Shown here one piece after another: positions 30,399 to 39,932 of a stretch of DNA of 64,000 bases. The DNA is from an uncultured Treponemataceae bacterium (GTDB taxonomy: Bacteria > Spirochaetota > Spirochaetia > Treponematales > UBA12059): contig CAZAJF010000006.1 of NCBI GenBank assembly GCA_964485395.1, forward strand, positions 41,195-105,194, given 5' to 3'. A model generated the notes under the pieces. That model saw only the letters and a list, made by a program, of their open reading frames with translations. It ran no database searches and was not told the DNA's origin. The position numbers were made by a program, and so were the translations under genes. Numbering within the stretch: the stretch's first letter is position 1; every line of letters begins with the position of its first letter.

Positions 30399-30740
30399 AT
30401 GGAGCATAGATTTTATAGAAGAGAAAATGACGGCTTAGTATTATTTATACTCAAAAAATATGCAGGTGAGGAAACGGGTTCAGGAAAACCTGGAAGATAT
30501 AGCATGGAAATACATGCTGATGAACGCCATAAATGAGAAGAAATTACTGATGCTTGTTTTAGTAAGGGAAATGGCAAGGTATTTATTATTTCTGTTCGCA
30601 GCAGAAGACAATCACCAGAATTTCATAGTTTAACAGAAATAACTCCTGACCCATGGAGGATTGAACATGTAAAAATATATTTCTTCTCCCCCTTCAATCT
30701 TATCGACATTGAACGCAACACTGAAGCTGTAAGTTTATAA
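30399..30740 (+). pseudogene. Hypothetical gene interrupted by an in-frame TGA (30534..30536)
   Basis: Good SD (GGAGG) and ATG at 30399. The frame stays open for 113 codons apart from a single TGA. Confidence 0.45.
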
Positions 30741-30755
30741 TAGGAGCTTGAGACC

Positions 30756-31130
30756 ATGGCTAAATCCTTCAAACTTGTTAAAATCAAGAAAATCATGTGG
30801 GCAACTTACAAGGAAATTAACACTACCCCATGGTATAAAGATCGAAACCAAGATTTTTTCATGATTTCATTTTTTGACATTCTCAACTCCTTTTATCCAG
30901 AAAATGCCCATGTTGTTAATTTAACTATATCAGATGAAGCCATATCCGATTACGATTTGAAGTTAACAAAGTCTACAGGCAATATATATGTCGACGAAGA
31001 TAATAAATCACATACCATGAGTGAAAGAGAATTAATGAAGTTTTTGGGAACAGTTCCACCTGTTATGTACATTGCCGTTCAATTAGATTCAAGAGGCAAG
31101 AAATTAACCGAAAAAATAATAGAGAAATAA
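30756..31130 (+). CDS. Hypothetical protein
   Basis: 124 aa with AGGAG upstream. The stop is 2 nt before the next ATG. Confidence 0.5.
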   Translation: MAKSFKLVKIKKIMWATYKEINTTPWYKDRNQDFFMISFFDILNSFYPENAHVVNLTISDEAISDYDLKLTKSTGNIYVDEDNKSHTMSERELMKFLGTVPPVMYIAVQLDSRGKKLTEKIIEK

Positions 31131-31132
31131 AA

Positions 31133-31723
31133 ATGATTACAAAGGCAATCTTTATAGGTGATGTTCACGGTGAGTTTCAAAGACTAGAACAAATCATCTG
31201 TTTCAATAAAAATAATCTTCCAATGTTTTGTACAGGAGACATTCCAATATCTGCCATCAATGGTGAGGCAGATGACAGTATAGAAAAATGCATAAAACTC
31301 TTAAAAGAAAACAGTGTCGCTACAGTAAAAGGCAACCATGATAGTTGGCTAAATAAAGATTTCGACTTTATATCAAAGCTTCCATTAACACTTGATATAG
31401 CTACATCGGCAGGAAAAGCACTTTTCTGTCATGGCATTGGCAACAATTACATGAGTAAAATCAATCCCGATGACTATGGTTATGCGATTGAGTCTAATGA
31501 CGATTTACATAATATCATTAAAAGCAAAGACTACAAGTTCATCATAAATGGACATTCGCATAAAAAAATGATTAAAAAAGTTAGCAATATTGTAATAATA
31601 AATGCAGGATCGTTAAAACATGATCCCGGCTTTATTATTGCTGATTTTTTATACAAATCTGTAACGTTTTTAAAATTTTCTGATTTGGAAATATCCATCG
31701 AGAAATCAGAAAGTTTAGAATGA
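31133..31723 (+). CDS. Small metallophosphoesterase (YfcE/MJ0936-like)
   Basis: Motifs GDVHG, TGDI, KGNHDSW, CHG and NGHSHKK. Confidence 0.8.
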   Translation: MITKAIFIGDVHGEFQRLEQIICFNKNNLPMFCTGDIPISAINGEADDSIEKCIKLLKENSVATVKGNHDSWLNKDFDFISKLPLTLDIATSAGKALFCHGIGNNYMSKINPDDYGYAIESNDDLHNIIKSKDYKFIINGHSHKKMIKKVSNIVIINAGSLKHDPGFIIADFLYKSVTFLKFSDLEISIEKSESLE

Positions 31724-31859
31724 AGAAGAATAGGTATCGTTACGAATTAAAGATGAAATTATTGTGGTAGAAAAAATTATTGATTTCTTAAAATTGCATG
31801 ATTGCTTTAAGTAGTGTAATAACTGAACTAAGGGATCAATATTTGACAGGAGGTTGAAT

Positions 31860-32573
31860 ATGTATAATAACATTATCATCTTAACAGGAGCCGGTGTCTC
31901 TAAAGCATCTGGTGTCAGAACCTTTAGAGGGACTGGAGGACTCTGGAATGATCCAGAAAATGAAAAATATTCTAAAAGCGAGCTATTCAAACAAGAGCCC
32001 TTGTTGATTTGGCAGTTTTTTGGAAAAATGAGAAAAGAAATCCAAAATGTAAAACCAAATGATGCTCATTATGCATTAGCAAAACTGGAAAATCATGCTC
32101 CTTCAAATTTTTTATTGCTTACTCAAAATATAGATGGGCTACATCAAAAAGCAGGAAGTAAAAATCTTATTGAACTACATGGCAATATTTTTACTACAAA
32201 GTGTTCAAATCCAGAGTGTAATTTTAAAAAACCTGAAGATTATGACACATACGAAGAACACATTCCTATATGTGGCTTATGTGGATCAAATTTAAGACCT
32301 GCAATTGTATTATTTGGAGAATATTTAGATACTTTTAATGAGCATCGAACTAAGGTTGCACTAAGAGATTGTGATTTATTTGTTTCAGTTGGAACATCTG
32401 GGACGGTAGCTCCAGCTTCTAATTTTGTCAGAGGTGCAGAATATGCAGGGGCTGAAACCATATTTATCAATACAGAACCTACAGATAATACATATTTTCA
32501 AAAACAGATTATCGGAAATGCAGAAGATGTATTGCCAAAATTTGTATTGGAAATCACAAAACAGGAGGTATAA
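31860..32573 (+). CDS. cobB: Sir2-family NAD-dependent protein deacylase (CobB-like sirtuin)
   Basis: Motifs GAGVSKASGVRTFRG.GGLW, TQNIDGLH and the catalytic ELHGN. The Zn ribbon is CSNPEC...CGLCGS, followed by VGTSGTV. AGGAGG lies 6 nt before the ATG at 31860. Confidence 0.85.
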   Translation: MYNNIIILTGAGVSKASGVRTFRGTGGLWNDPENEKYSKSELFKQEPLLIWQFFGKMRKEIQNVKPNDAHYALAKLENHAPSNFLLLTQNIDGLHQKAGSKNLIELHGNIFTTKCSNPECNFKKPEDYDTYEEHIPICGLCGSNLRPAIVLFGEYLDTFNEHRTKVALRDCDLFVSVGTSGTVAPASNFVRGAEYAGAETIFINTEPTDNTYFQKQIIGNAEDVLPKFVLEITKQEV

Positions 32574-32580
32574 TAGCTAT

Positions 32581-33426
32581 ATGAAAGTGTTTTACAACAA
32601 TAATCAAGTCGCTATATACAATACAGGAAATTTCTGTAGAAATTCAGAAAAACCAATGCTTCTTGTTAAGGCACTTCTAAGCAATCCTTCAATTCAAATA
32701 ATCTCCGATTGGAATCCACTAACTCCCGAGGAGATTTCTGTTTCTCATGACAGAAAGCATGTTGACAGTATTCTAAATTACACAGAGAATAATGGATATG
32801 GCAACACCGATATGCAACTTACCGATGCAACTCCTTGGGAGTTGGAGAGTTTCTATCATGCAGCGTGTGAAGCTTTTGTTTCAAAAACTGTTACATTGTC
32901 ACCTTCTGCGGGATTCCATCATGCAGATTATTATGAAAGCTGGAATTTCTGTACCTTTAATGGACTGACTATCACAGCGATTTTGCTTAAAAATGAGTTT
33001 AATCCGGATAAAATTGGTATAATTGATTTTGATTGTCATTGGGGAAATGGAACGGATTCAATTATTGAAAAATTAAATTTATCATATGTAACCCATTACA
33101 CATTTGGTAAATTCAAAAGAATCATTCGAAAAGGCATTGGGTTTGACCAGTGGCTGGCTGATTTACCAGCAATACTTGAAGATAAATTTTCAAGTTCCGA
33201 TATTATCTTCTACCAAGCCGGGGCGGATGCACATATAGATGACCACTTTGGCGGCGAACTTTCCACAGAGCAAATGATACTTCGTGATAAAATTGTTTTT
33301 GAATTTGCAAAAAGTAGCAATATTCCACTAGTATGGAATTTAGCGGGAGGTTATCAAGAACCTTTAGATAAGGTGATACTATTACATCTGAACACGCTTA
33401 AAGAATGTATTGCCGTTTTTGAGTAA
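32581..33426 (+). CDS. Zn-dependent deacetylase (HDAC11-like layout), paralogue of the 25015 N-terminal domain
   Basis: Motifs AGFHHA, IIDFDCHWGNGT, YQAGADAHIDDHFGG and LAGGYQE. ATG at 32581 is 7 nt after the sirtuin stop, so the ORF-track start at 32425 is rejected. Confidence 0.8.
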   Translation: MKVFYNNNQVAIYNTGNFCRNSEKPMLLVKALLSNPSIQIISDWNPLTPEEISVSHDRKHVDSILNYTENNGYGNTDMQLTDATPWELESFYHAACEAFVSKTVTLSPSAGFHHADYYESWNFCTFNGLTITAILLKNEFNPDKIGIIDFDCHWGNGTDSIIEKLNLSYVTHYTFGKFKRIIRKGIGFDQWLADLPAILEDKFSSSDIIFYQAGADAHIDDHFGGELSTEQMILRDKIVFEFAKSSNIPLVWNLAGGYQEPLDKVILLHLNTLKECIAVFE

Positions 33427-33541
33427 GCTCTATGACTTTTTTTGAAATGAATAAATATTGGGAAGATTGTTGTATTCATTATAAAGATGGTAATCCTTGG
33501 CTAATAGAACCTTCGAAAAAACGGGTTGAAATAATGCCATT

Positions 33542-33769
33542 ATGTCATCTATAGTAAATACAACTGATTATGATTTTAGTAAAAGCTTGTGTGCAAGAAT
33601 GTATATGACTTCACTTGAAAAAAACATCATGGTGGAATTCAGACTTGAGAATGAGCACTTGAAGATTAACATTCAGAAAAATTTTATTACATTATTTGAA
33701 GATGAGGATGCAAGCATTAGAAATGCTATGAATAGATTGGCAATATTTTTGGAAGAAATAAAATTATAG
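33542..33769 (+). CDS. Hypothetical small protein
   Basis: 75 aa. A 41-codon ORF (33432..33557) overlaps its start, so this may be a frameshifted larger gene. Confidence 0.35.
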   Translation: MSSIVNTTDYDFSKSLCARMYMTSLEKNIMVEFRLENEHLKINIQKNFITLFEDEDASIRNAMNRLAIFLEEIKL

Positions 33770-33804
33770 AGAAATTTGGTATAAGAGAGTCGGTTTAAGT
33801 CATA

Positions 33805-34350
33805 TTAATTTGAAGCAAATGGTGAATGCCTATTCGGGTACCAATCAGAATATTTCGTTTTACTGGTATATGTTTTCTCTAACCAACTACTTACCCATGA
33901 AAGCGGATAAAGCCATCTAAAATCATCTTCTATCAATAGTTCTAACAGTGGACTTGTCTCATGACAACTACTGCTTATGTTTCCTAGTTTTCGGTCATTT
34001 TCCTTTTTTATACTCATTATTTTATATGCATTTTCTTCTGGGTTCACGTAAAAATCATGAAAAACTGATCGTATTTCTTTCGCAATCTGAATATCATGAC
34101 CTATTTGATCGGATTTAATCAGAACAAAAACAAACAATATCTTTTCCAATTTTTCTTTTATAATATTATTTGATACATAATGTAAGAAATATTTCTCGCC
34201 AGGATTAACATATTTAATACCTTGTCTTTGTGATTTATCAAATATATATTTTTGATTGTTTATATCTTCAATTCCAAATATAATCTCATCATTACAGGAA
34301 AAATAAAAAAGCAACACTTGCTCTGGGTTTGTCAAATTAGTAATTATCAT
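33805..34350 (-). CDS. Hypothetical protein
   Basis: 181 aa with GGGGGA upstream. No motif recognised. Confidence 0.5.
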   Translation of the reverse strand: MIITNLTNPEQVLLFYFSCNDEIIFGIEDINNQKYIFDKSQRQGIKYVNPGEKYFLHYVSNNIIKEKLEKILFVFVLIKSDQIGHDIQIAKEIRSVFHDFYVNPEENAYKIMSIKKENDRKLGNISSSCHETSPLLELLIEDDFRWLYPLSWVSSWLEKTYTSKTKYSDWYPNRHSPFASN

Positions 34351-34503
34351 TATTCCCCCATGGTAAATAGAGATTCAATAGCTTTTTATATAACTTATAA
34401 ATAATTTTCAGTTGCAATTCTCCTCACGTAGTGTCCATCAAATTTTAGCTCAATTTGCTAACTAGAAATTCCAAAGTAACATATCTTCTAATTCTATTAA
34501 TAG

Positions 34504-35166
34504 TCACTCCTCTTCCTCGATCACAAGCAACTCCTCAATATCAGCTTCCAATTCTTTTCTTATACCAGCCCAATCATATTCTATTCCTTGTGAAACGCTT
34601 GAAGCCAAATAAACCATCTCTGGAAGCACCAAAGCTGTTAGATATCCTCCGCTACCACACCCAGTATTGATATTGATCCTATTTCCACATACAACAGGCT
34701 CGCTAACAATCATGTGACCGTGAATTACAGTTTTATTAGTTATACTGTAGTAATTATTGTCATAGCGAGTCCATAAATAATCAAATTCCGTTTGTTGATC
34801 CAAGGGTTTTGAGACATCTAATCCTGCGTGTACAAAAATATATTTTCCGGCCGAATAAACAGGAAATAGCGAATTGTTGATCCAAGAGAATGATTCTTTG
34901 GATATCTTCGCCATACCCAGCAACTTATCTAAATCATCTGGATTATGTCTTGCTCTATTTAATAGCATTTCCTCATGATTTCCCTTTAAGCAAATTGCGT
35001 TGAGTGAAGCGACTTTTTTACAGACATATTCTGCATCAGTGCCACGATCAATATAATCACCCAAAAAAACAAAACTATGTGTAGGATATGTTTTTGCTTT
35101 TTCGAGTATTTCGTCGAGTTGTTTTTGACATCCATGAATATCACCTATTGCGATTATATTGTGCAT
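34504..35166 (-). CDS. PPP-family Ser/Thr phosphatase / ApaH-like metallophosphoesterase
   Basis: Motifs GDIHG, GDYIDRG, GNHE, VHAG and HGHM. Confidence 0.85.
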   Translation of the reverse strand: MHNIIAIGDIHGCQKQLDEILEKAKTYPTHSFVFLGDYIDRGTDAEYVCKKVASLNAICLKGNHEEMLLNRARHNPDDLDKLLGMAKISKESFSWINNSLFPVYSAGKYIFVHAGLDVSKPLDQQTEFDYLWTRYDNNYYSITNKTVIHGHMIVSEPVVCGNRININTGCGSGGYLTALVLPEMVYLASSVSQGIEYDWAGIRKELEADIEELLVIEEEE

Positions 35167-35204
35167 AAACCTCTTCCTTCAAATTTTAAGTTGTACATAG
35201 CTTT

Positions 35205-35975
35205 TCAATAATTGCAGTAAATCAATTTATTTTCCGCTATCTTATAAGACACCTTATGTATACCGCTTATCAAGCTACAGTCCAGTCCCTCGGTTGTATG
35301 AAATATCGAATGTTTAATGGACAGCGAGTCACAAATGTTTTTAATTACACTATTACTATCTTCAAATACATTCTTCCTGTTTACCGCATCACCATCATCA
35401 TATTGATAAGCATAATGTCCATAAGTAATAAATATTGCCATTTTTACTTTTCTATCTATTTTTCTAATTATTTCATATAACCATTCTTTATTATTTGAAT
35501 TCTCGAAAAATAAACCTATAAAAACAAAATCATTAAAATATAGAATTTTGTTATAAATGTTTCTTAAATTACTTGATACTTGATCTGGTAGATTTATCTT
35601 TGAATTTAAAAAGAAAAGTATATTTCTATTTGAAGCTGTAAATATTGTTAATATTTCATTAAGTTTATGTTCAAATATAACTCCTAAATATTTACAATAA
35701 CCAATAGCTATTTCATCATATCCAATGGACTGCACAAGAAAAAGACCAGTTGCAAGATTTCTATCCTGCTTAAAAATTTCTGCATTAACCATATAATTTC
35801 TAATATACGAACGAGCTTCGTTTGTATCAAATATTTTATGGTTGCTAACATCCAAAAAATCATGCACGTTTCCAGAAATTATCCCAATATCAATATTTTT
35901 TACAGCCAAGGCATTTGCAAAGGAAGTATATCTTGCAATTTCACCTTTAAATGACGAGCCAAATAACACTTTCAC
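35205..35975 (-). CDS. Degenerate metallophosphoesterase paralogue (metal ligands lost)
   Basis: The N-terminus MKVLFGSSFKGEIARYTSFANAL aligns with MKILFSSDLHGEIDAYKKFSKLL. However DxHG, GD, GNHD and GHxH are all replaced (SSFKG, SGN, no GNHD, FHTTEG). GTG start with AGAGGTG upstream. Confidence 0.6.
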   Translation of the reverse strand: MKVLFGSSFKGEIARYTSFANALAVKNIDIGIISGNVHDFLDVSNHKIFDTNEARSYIRNYMVNAEIFKQDRNLATGLFLVQSIGYDEIAIGYCKYLGVIFEHKLNEILTIFTASNRNILFFLNSKINLPDQVSSNLRNIYNKILYFNDFVFIGLFFENSNNKEWLYEIIRKIDRKVKMAIFITYGHYAYQYDDGDAVNRKNVFEDSNSVIKNICDSLSIKHSIFHTTEGLDCSLISGIHKVSYKIAENKLIYCNY

Positions 35976-36074
35976 AGATTCACCTCTATATATTTTTTCG
36001 TAATCTGCAAGTTACCATAGATCACCAAGTTCTTCTAAGGAGCAATTTTCAACTTCACAATATCGTTTCAATAA

Positions 36075-36539
36075 TTAAATTATAGATTCACCATTTTGCT
36101 TTATATGTTCATTATTTCTAGTATAAATATATTCAAGAGACAATGATATCTCTGTTTCCATATGGATTATCTCGAATGCACATAATCCGATAATTGAATC
36201 TGCTTTATAAGCAACAAGGTAATCATAACCTAAAATCGCGTTTTTATTAGAAATCATATATTTATAATATTTCGAATATACTCCACCGCAATAATATAAC
36301 CGAGTTAGATTTTTCGATTCTTTCAATAACCGATAATGATCGATAATATTTCTTTTTTTTAATACTAAATCTGTGTTTTCGATTTTGCAAACATCAAGTG
36401 ATTTCAAATTTTCGGCTCCTATTACTTGATCATTGGCTTTTGCAGCACCACAAAATAAAAATAAAAAACAATAGCGAGAAAAATTACTCCGATCAATATT
36501 AACATGATGCTTCCTTTGAATATTTTGATTCAGAATCAA
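36075..36539 (-). CDS. Hypothetical protein
   Basis: 154 aa with a TTG start in the track. A hydrophobic FLFLFCGAA segment near the N-terminus is the only feature, and the start is uncertain. Confidence 0.35.
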   Translation of the reverse strand: MILNQNIQRKHHVNIDRSNFSRYCFLFLFCGAAKANDQVIGAENLKSLDVCKIENTDLVLKKRNIIDHYRLLKESKNLTRLYYCGGVYSKYYKYMISNKNAILGYDYLVAYKADSIIGLCAFEIIHMETEISLSLEYIYTRNNEHIKQNGESII

Positions 36540-36855
36540 ATATTCCCAGAATAACCAAAAACCTTTAATCAGCTTCCTCTAACCCTTCATTTTCCAGTTC
36601 ACATATATCTGACTTTCTTCTGCTTTTCCAGTCCCGCAAGACCTCCATTCTTTTTGATCGAAGTGCAGTGCAATATAGCCAATCTATCATCCTTAATATG
36701 CTTTCATGGGTTAATGCATAGGTCGAACGAGTATCAGTTTTTCGATCACTTTTTCTTCACTCGTGAGAATAAGGTACAGTACAAGCATCCCATACCTGTC
36801 GCCCCCCCAAAAAAACAAAGCAATACTATCCTTTTATATTTTTCAAAAAATCGTT

Positions 36856-37119
36856 TCACAGCTTTTCATCCCGCAGCTCAGGTATACGCTTTGGCTTTTT
36901 AAGTTCAAAAAGTATTATATCAAATAGATCAAAGAACTCATGGCGTAATATTTTCCCAATGCTCTTTTTAAATATTCTTCGTATTTTTTCATCAGCCTGA
37001 GTTTTCTTGAAAATCCAATGGGGGTTTCCTATCGAAACAAAGACTGCATAATTAAAATTATGTTTTCGGCAATCTCGCTGAAGATCGTTTTGGGAATATA
37101 TTTCTACTGTGTCAATCAT
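36856..37119 (-). CDS. Hypothetical small protein
   Basis: 87 aa with no secure motif. Confidence 0.3.
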   Translation of the reverse strand: MIDTVEIYSQNDLQRDCRKHNFNYAVFVSIGNPHWIFKKTQADEKIRRIFKKSIGKILRHEFFDLFDIILFELKKPKRIPELRDEKL

Positions 37120-37177
37120 TTATTAATGCTTTCATAACTCCAATTTTTTCTACAAAATATAAATAAAATCGCTTTAT

Positions 37178-37739
37178 CTAAGAACCCTTCTCTTCCCACC
37201 TCTTAATTATTAAATAAAAGGTAAGTCTTTTAAGCTTTAACTCTTGTGCTACATCCGTGGGGTTGAGAGTTCAATCTTCCATTGATTATAAACCATCCCC
37301 CAATTTTTTGGAAACTCTTTTGTGGGACTTCCAAGCTTTTTAACCTTTGTTTTTGCAAATTCTATGTCTTCTTTTGCCAGGAGCGGATGTTTTGCCGTTC
37401 CAATTCGGCGAAAGCTCCGAAGAGAGTAATGCTAAACCGTCCTTGAGCTGAGGTTGTATCGATGTTTTCTATATGAGAAATATAGCCGACTTTTTTTGAT
37501 TTATGCTATCGATGATTGATAGCCAGTCTCTCGTATAGCTCACAATGCAACTAATATCGGAAACCACGACCGTATCGCTTTCGCGTGCGTAGTCGAGAAG
37601 CTTCTTGAGCTCAGGTGGGTTTGCGTTGTTTCCACTGAGTTTGTCTACAAAGAGGCGATCTACGCCAAGCCCCTTCGTTGCGTCATCTTGGCGATCTGTG
37701 GACAGAGTTGAAGTCGAGACCCGTGTATACCTTATTCAT
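37178..37739 (-). pseudogene. Serine recombinase (resolvase/invertase family) pseudogene
   Basis: Fragments across three frames read MNKVYTRVST, DRLFVDKLSG...PELKKLLDYARESDTVVV and IENIDTTSAQGRFSITLFGAFAELERQNI, followed by an HTH-like tail (LKLKRLTFY.IIKRWEEKG). There are several frameshifts and stops. GC is visibly higher than in the neighbours. Confidence 0.75.
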
Positions 37740-38124
37740 GCCATGTGTCAAAAACCGCATCTAATAATAGTATAGCGTCAGGAAGTTGGCACGTAGATTT
37801 TCTGACAGGGATATTTGAAGCGCTAAGAAGGTAGGCAATGTTGATGGGAAAATTAAGAAATATTTAATATGCAATTAGCTATTATACGAAATGGTTGATT
37901 TAAAATGCATCTTGGACGAAGAAATATCCTTATCTAGATCAAAATAACCCAAATTAGTAGAATGAATATAGGGAACTTTATACTAATTATGGAATTAATA
38001 TTATTTGCTGGAATTGTCTATATGTATTATACTAATTTGACGCATGTTTAGACGCACTCTTCGTATATAGATATTTGAATCTAACTTTTATACGATATAT
38101 GAAATCTATTATTAAGGAATACTT

Positions 38125-38769
38125 ATGCGAATCAGAGCCTATGCTATCGCTTTGCTAATTGTAATTTCGATTAGTAGCTGCGTCTCATTATCACCACCCG
38201 ATACAGTTAATAAGATTAATGTTGATAATGTAATGTTTCCAAAATTTTACTGGGATCAACCATTAGCCGAATTAATAGCCTTGCTTGGTTCGCCACTTAC
38301 CACATCTGGTCAATCAGATGTAGTAACAGCATATTACTTTAAAGGATATAGTAAAATAGAATTCCCTAATGTTATATGCTGCACTGTGACTTCTTCATCT
38401 AAGTTGCTGAGAAGTATAAGTATATTTATATTATCTCAACATGAGGATAATCCACAATTGTATTTTAACGAATATTTAGAAATTGAAAAATATATTAATT
38501 CAATCTATGGGATAGCATCTAAAACCGAAACCTTTTCACTAAATAAAGAACCGAAATACAATGGAGAAGAATTATTGAACCAAAGACTAACTATGATTAC
38601 TAACTTTGAACTTGCTAATTCAGTAGTAATACATACTATAATGTATGATGAAGAACATATGAACCATGTTATGGCATGGGGCGATAAAAGAAGCCAGACC
38701 ATGGAAGAGACTATTGAGATATTTAAAAATACTAGTTTCGCAGTTTTATTGAAAGGCAAGAAGAAATAA
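38125..38769 (+). CDS. Hypothetical lipoprotein
   Basis: Signal peptide MRIRAYAIALLIVISISSC with a lipobox. Confidence 0.55.
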   Translation: MRIRAYAIALLIVISISSCVSLSPPDTVNKINVDNVMFPKFYWDQPLAELIALLGSPLTTSGQSDVVTAYYFKGYSKIEFPNVICCTVTSSSKLLRSISIFILSQHEDNPQLYFNEYLEIEKYINSIYGIASKTETFSLNKEPKYNGEELLNQRLTMITNFELANSVVIHTIMYDEEHMNHVMAWGDKRSQTMEETIEIFKNTSFAVLLKGKKK

Positions 38770-38915
38770 AAATATCTAAAACATGGGTCAACCGTACAAT
38801 GCTATTATCATGATTACATACAGTCTCCGGGCTCGGTTCAAATCGCGTCAAAGCCGGAGTACCAGTTAAAGGAATATTAGATTCAATCCTTCGGGATAAA
38901 ATAAATTATAAAGTA

Positions 38916-39020
38916 ATGAAAAGACCTTTTTGAAATGCAATAGCAATCTTATGCGTAACAGTACTATTAGTATCTTGTAAAAAGCAAGGGTTAATGCAAG
39001 ATCGATTATTTGAAAAGTGA
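38916..39020 (+). pseudogene. Short lipoprotein-signal ORF with an in-frame TGA at codon 6
   Basis: The translation is MKRPF*NAIAILCVTVLLVSCKKQG.... Confidence 0.3.
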
Positions 39021-39029
39021 GGATTATAG

Positions 39030-39794
39030 ATGCGTATATTATTCGGATCAGATTTTCATGGAAATATCAAAGCATATCAACGATTCGCTGAATTAGTAGA
39101 AAATGCTGATTTCGGAATTCTAGGAGGAGATTTGAATACTGGTTTCACACCAGACGAATTTGAACAAATAAGAGAAAAGTATGGCATTGAAGACGATGAT
39201 CTAATTGAAGAATTACATTCGGAATTCGATTACTTACCAATAAGCCCTAATAGCAAATTAAATAAAGCATTCAAGGAGAAGGAAAAAGAATATAAAGAAA
39301 TATTAAAAAAACCAAATAAGAAAATCTATTTCATTATGGGTAATGATGATGGTATTGTAGGTGGCGCATGGGATGAAGATGAAATATTTAGTAATGTAAA
39401 CATGAAGCGGATTGACATTGGTATGGTAAACATTGTTGGCTACCAATATACACTACCATTTGTTGGTGGTCTTTTTGAAAAACGAGAAGAAGAACAGCAA
39501 AAAGATATGAGTAATATTTGGAATCTTGTTGATGAGTCAACAATTTTCGTATCACATGGTCCAGCTTATAAAGAAAATGATATGTTGCATAATGGCTTAA
39601 CTGGGAACCTAAATCGAATAGGTGGCAAGGCTTTAAGAGGATTAATTTCTGAAAGAAAGCCAAGATACCATCTATATGGACATTACCATCAGAAATATGG
39701 CATTAGAAAAAACTCCATAAATGGCTCATATCCAATATCAAGAAAATTCATCATGATTGATCTGGAAAAATCAATAGCGAAATGGCTAAGTTAG
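39030..39794 (+). CDS. Calcineurin-like metallophosphoesterase
   Basis: Motifs SDFHG, GGDL, GNDD (variant of GNHD), SHGP and YGHYHQ. Confidence 0.8.
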   Translation: MRILFGSDFHGNIKAYQRFAELVENADFGILGGDLNTGFTPDEFEQIREKYGIEDDDLIEELHSEFDYLPISPNSKLNKAFKEKEKEYKEILKKPNKKIYFIMGNDDGIVGGAWDEDEIFSNVNMKRIDIGMVNIVGYQYTLPFVGGLFEKREEEQQKDMSNIWNLVDESTIFVSHGPAYKENDMLHNGLTGNLNRIGGKALRGLISERKPRYHLYGHYHQKYGIRKNSINGSYPISRKFIMIDLEKSIAKWLS

Positions 39795-39932
39795 ATTTAC
39801 AAACGTTTCAAGACTATGAACCTATGTTATGATTATTTGCTCGCTTAATTAAGAGCAAAATACATTAAGGAAGGATGAGGCAAGTCAGGCAGATATTATG
39901 ACAACTGATATTTTAAGGAAGGAAAACAGATC

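Noticed and set aside
31860-32573. The Sir2 protein could be a Thoeris/DSR/SIR2-HerA-type NADase defence effector.
   Set aside because: It is a short (237 aa) stand-alone sirtuin with the full CobB-like motif set, including the four-Cys zinc ribbon. No SLOG, TIR, HerA or Argonaute partner is nearby. A deacylase or ADP-ribosyl-transfer role fits better, although NADase activity cannot be excluded without an assay.
32425-32580. The ORF-track start at 32425 for the second HDAC11-like gene overlaps the sirtuin by ~150 nt.
   Set aside because: The overlapping N-terminal extension has no similarity to the paralogue at 25015. ATG at 32581 aligns with the paralogue and has an AGGAGG upstream.
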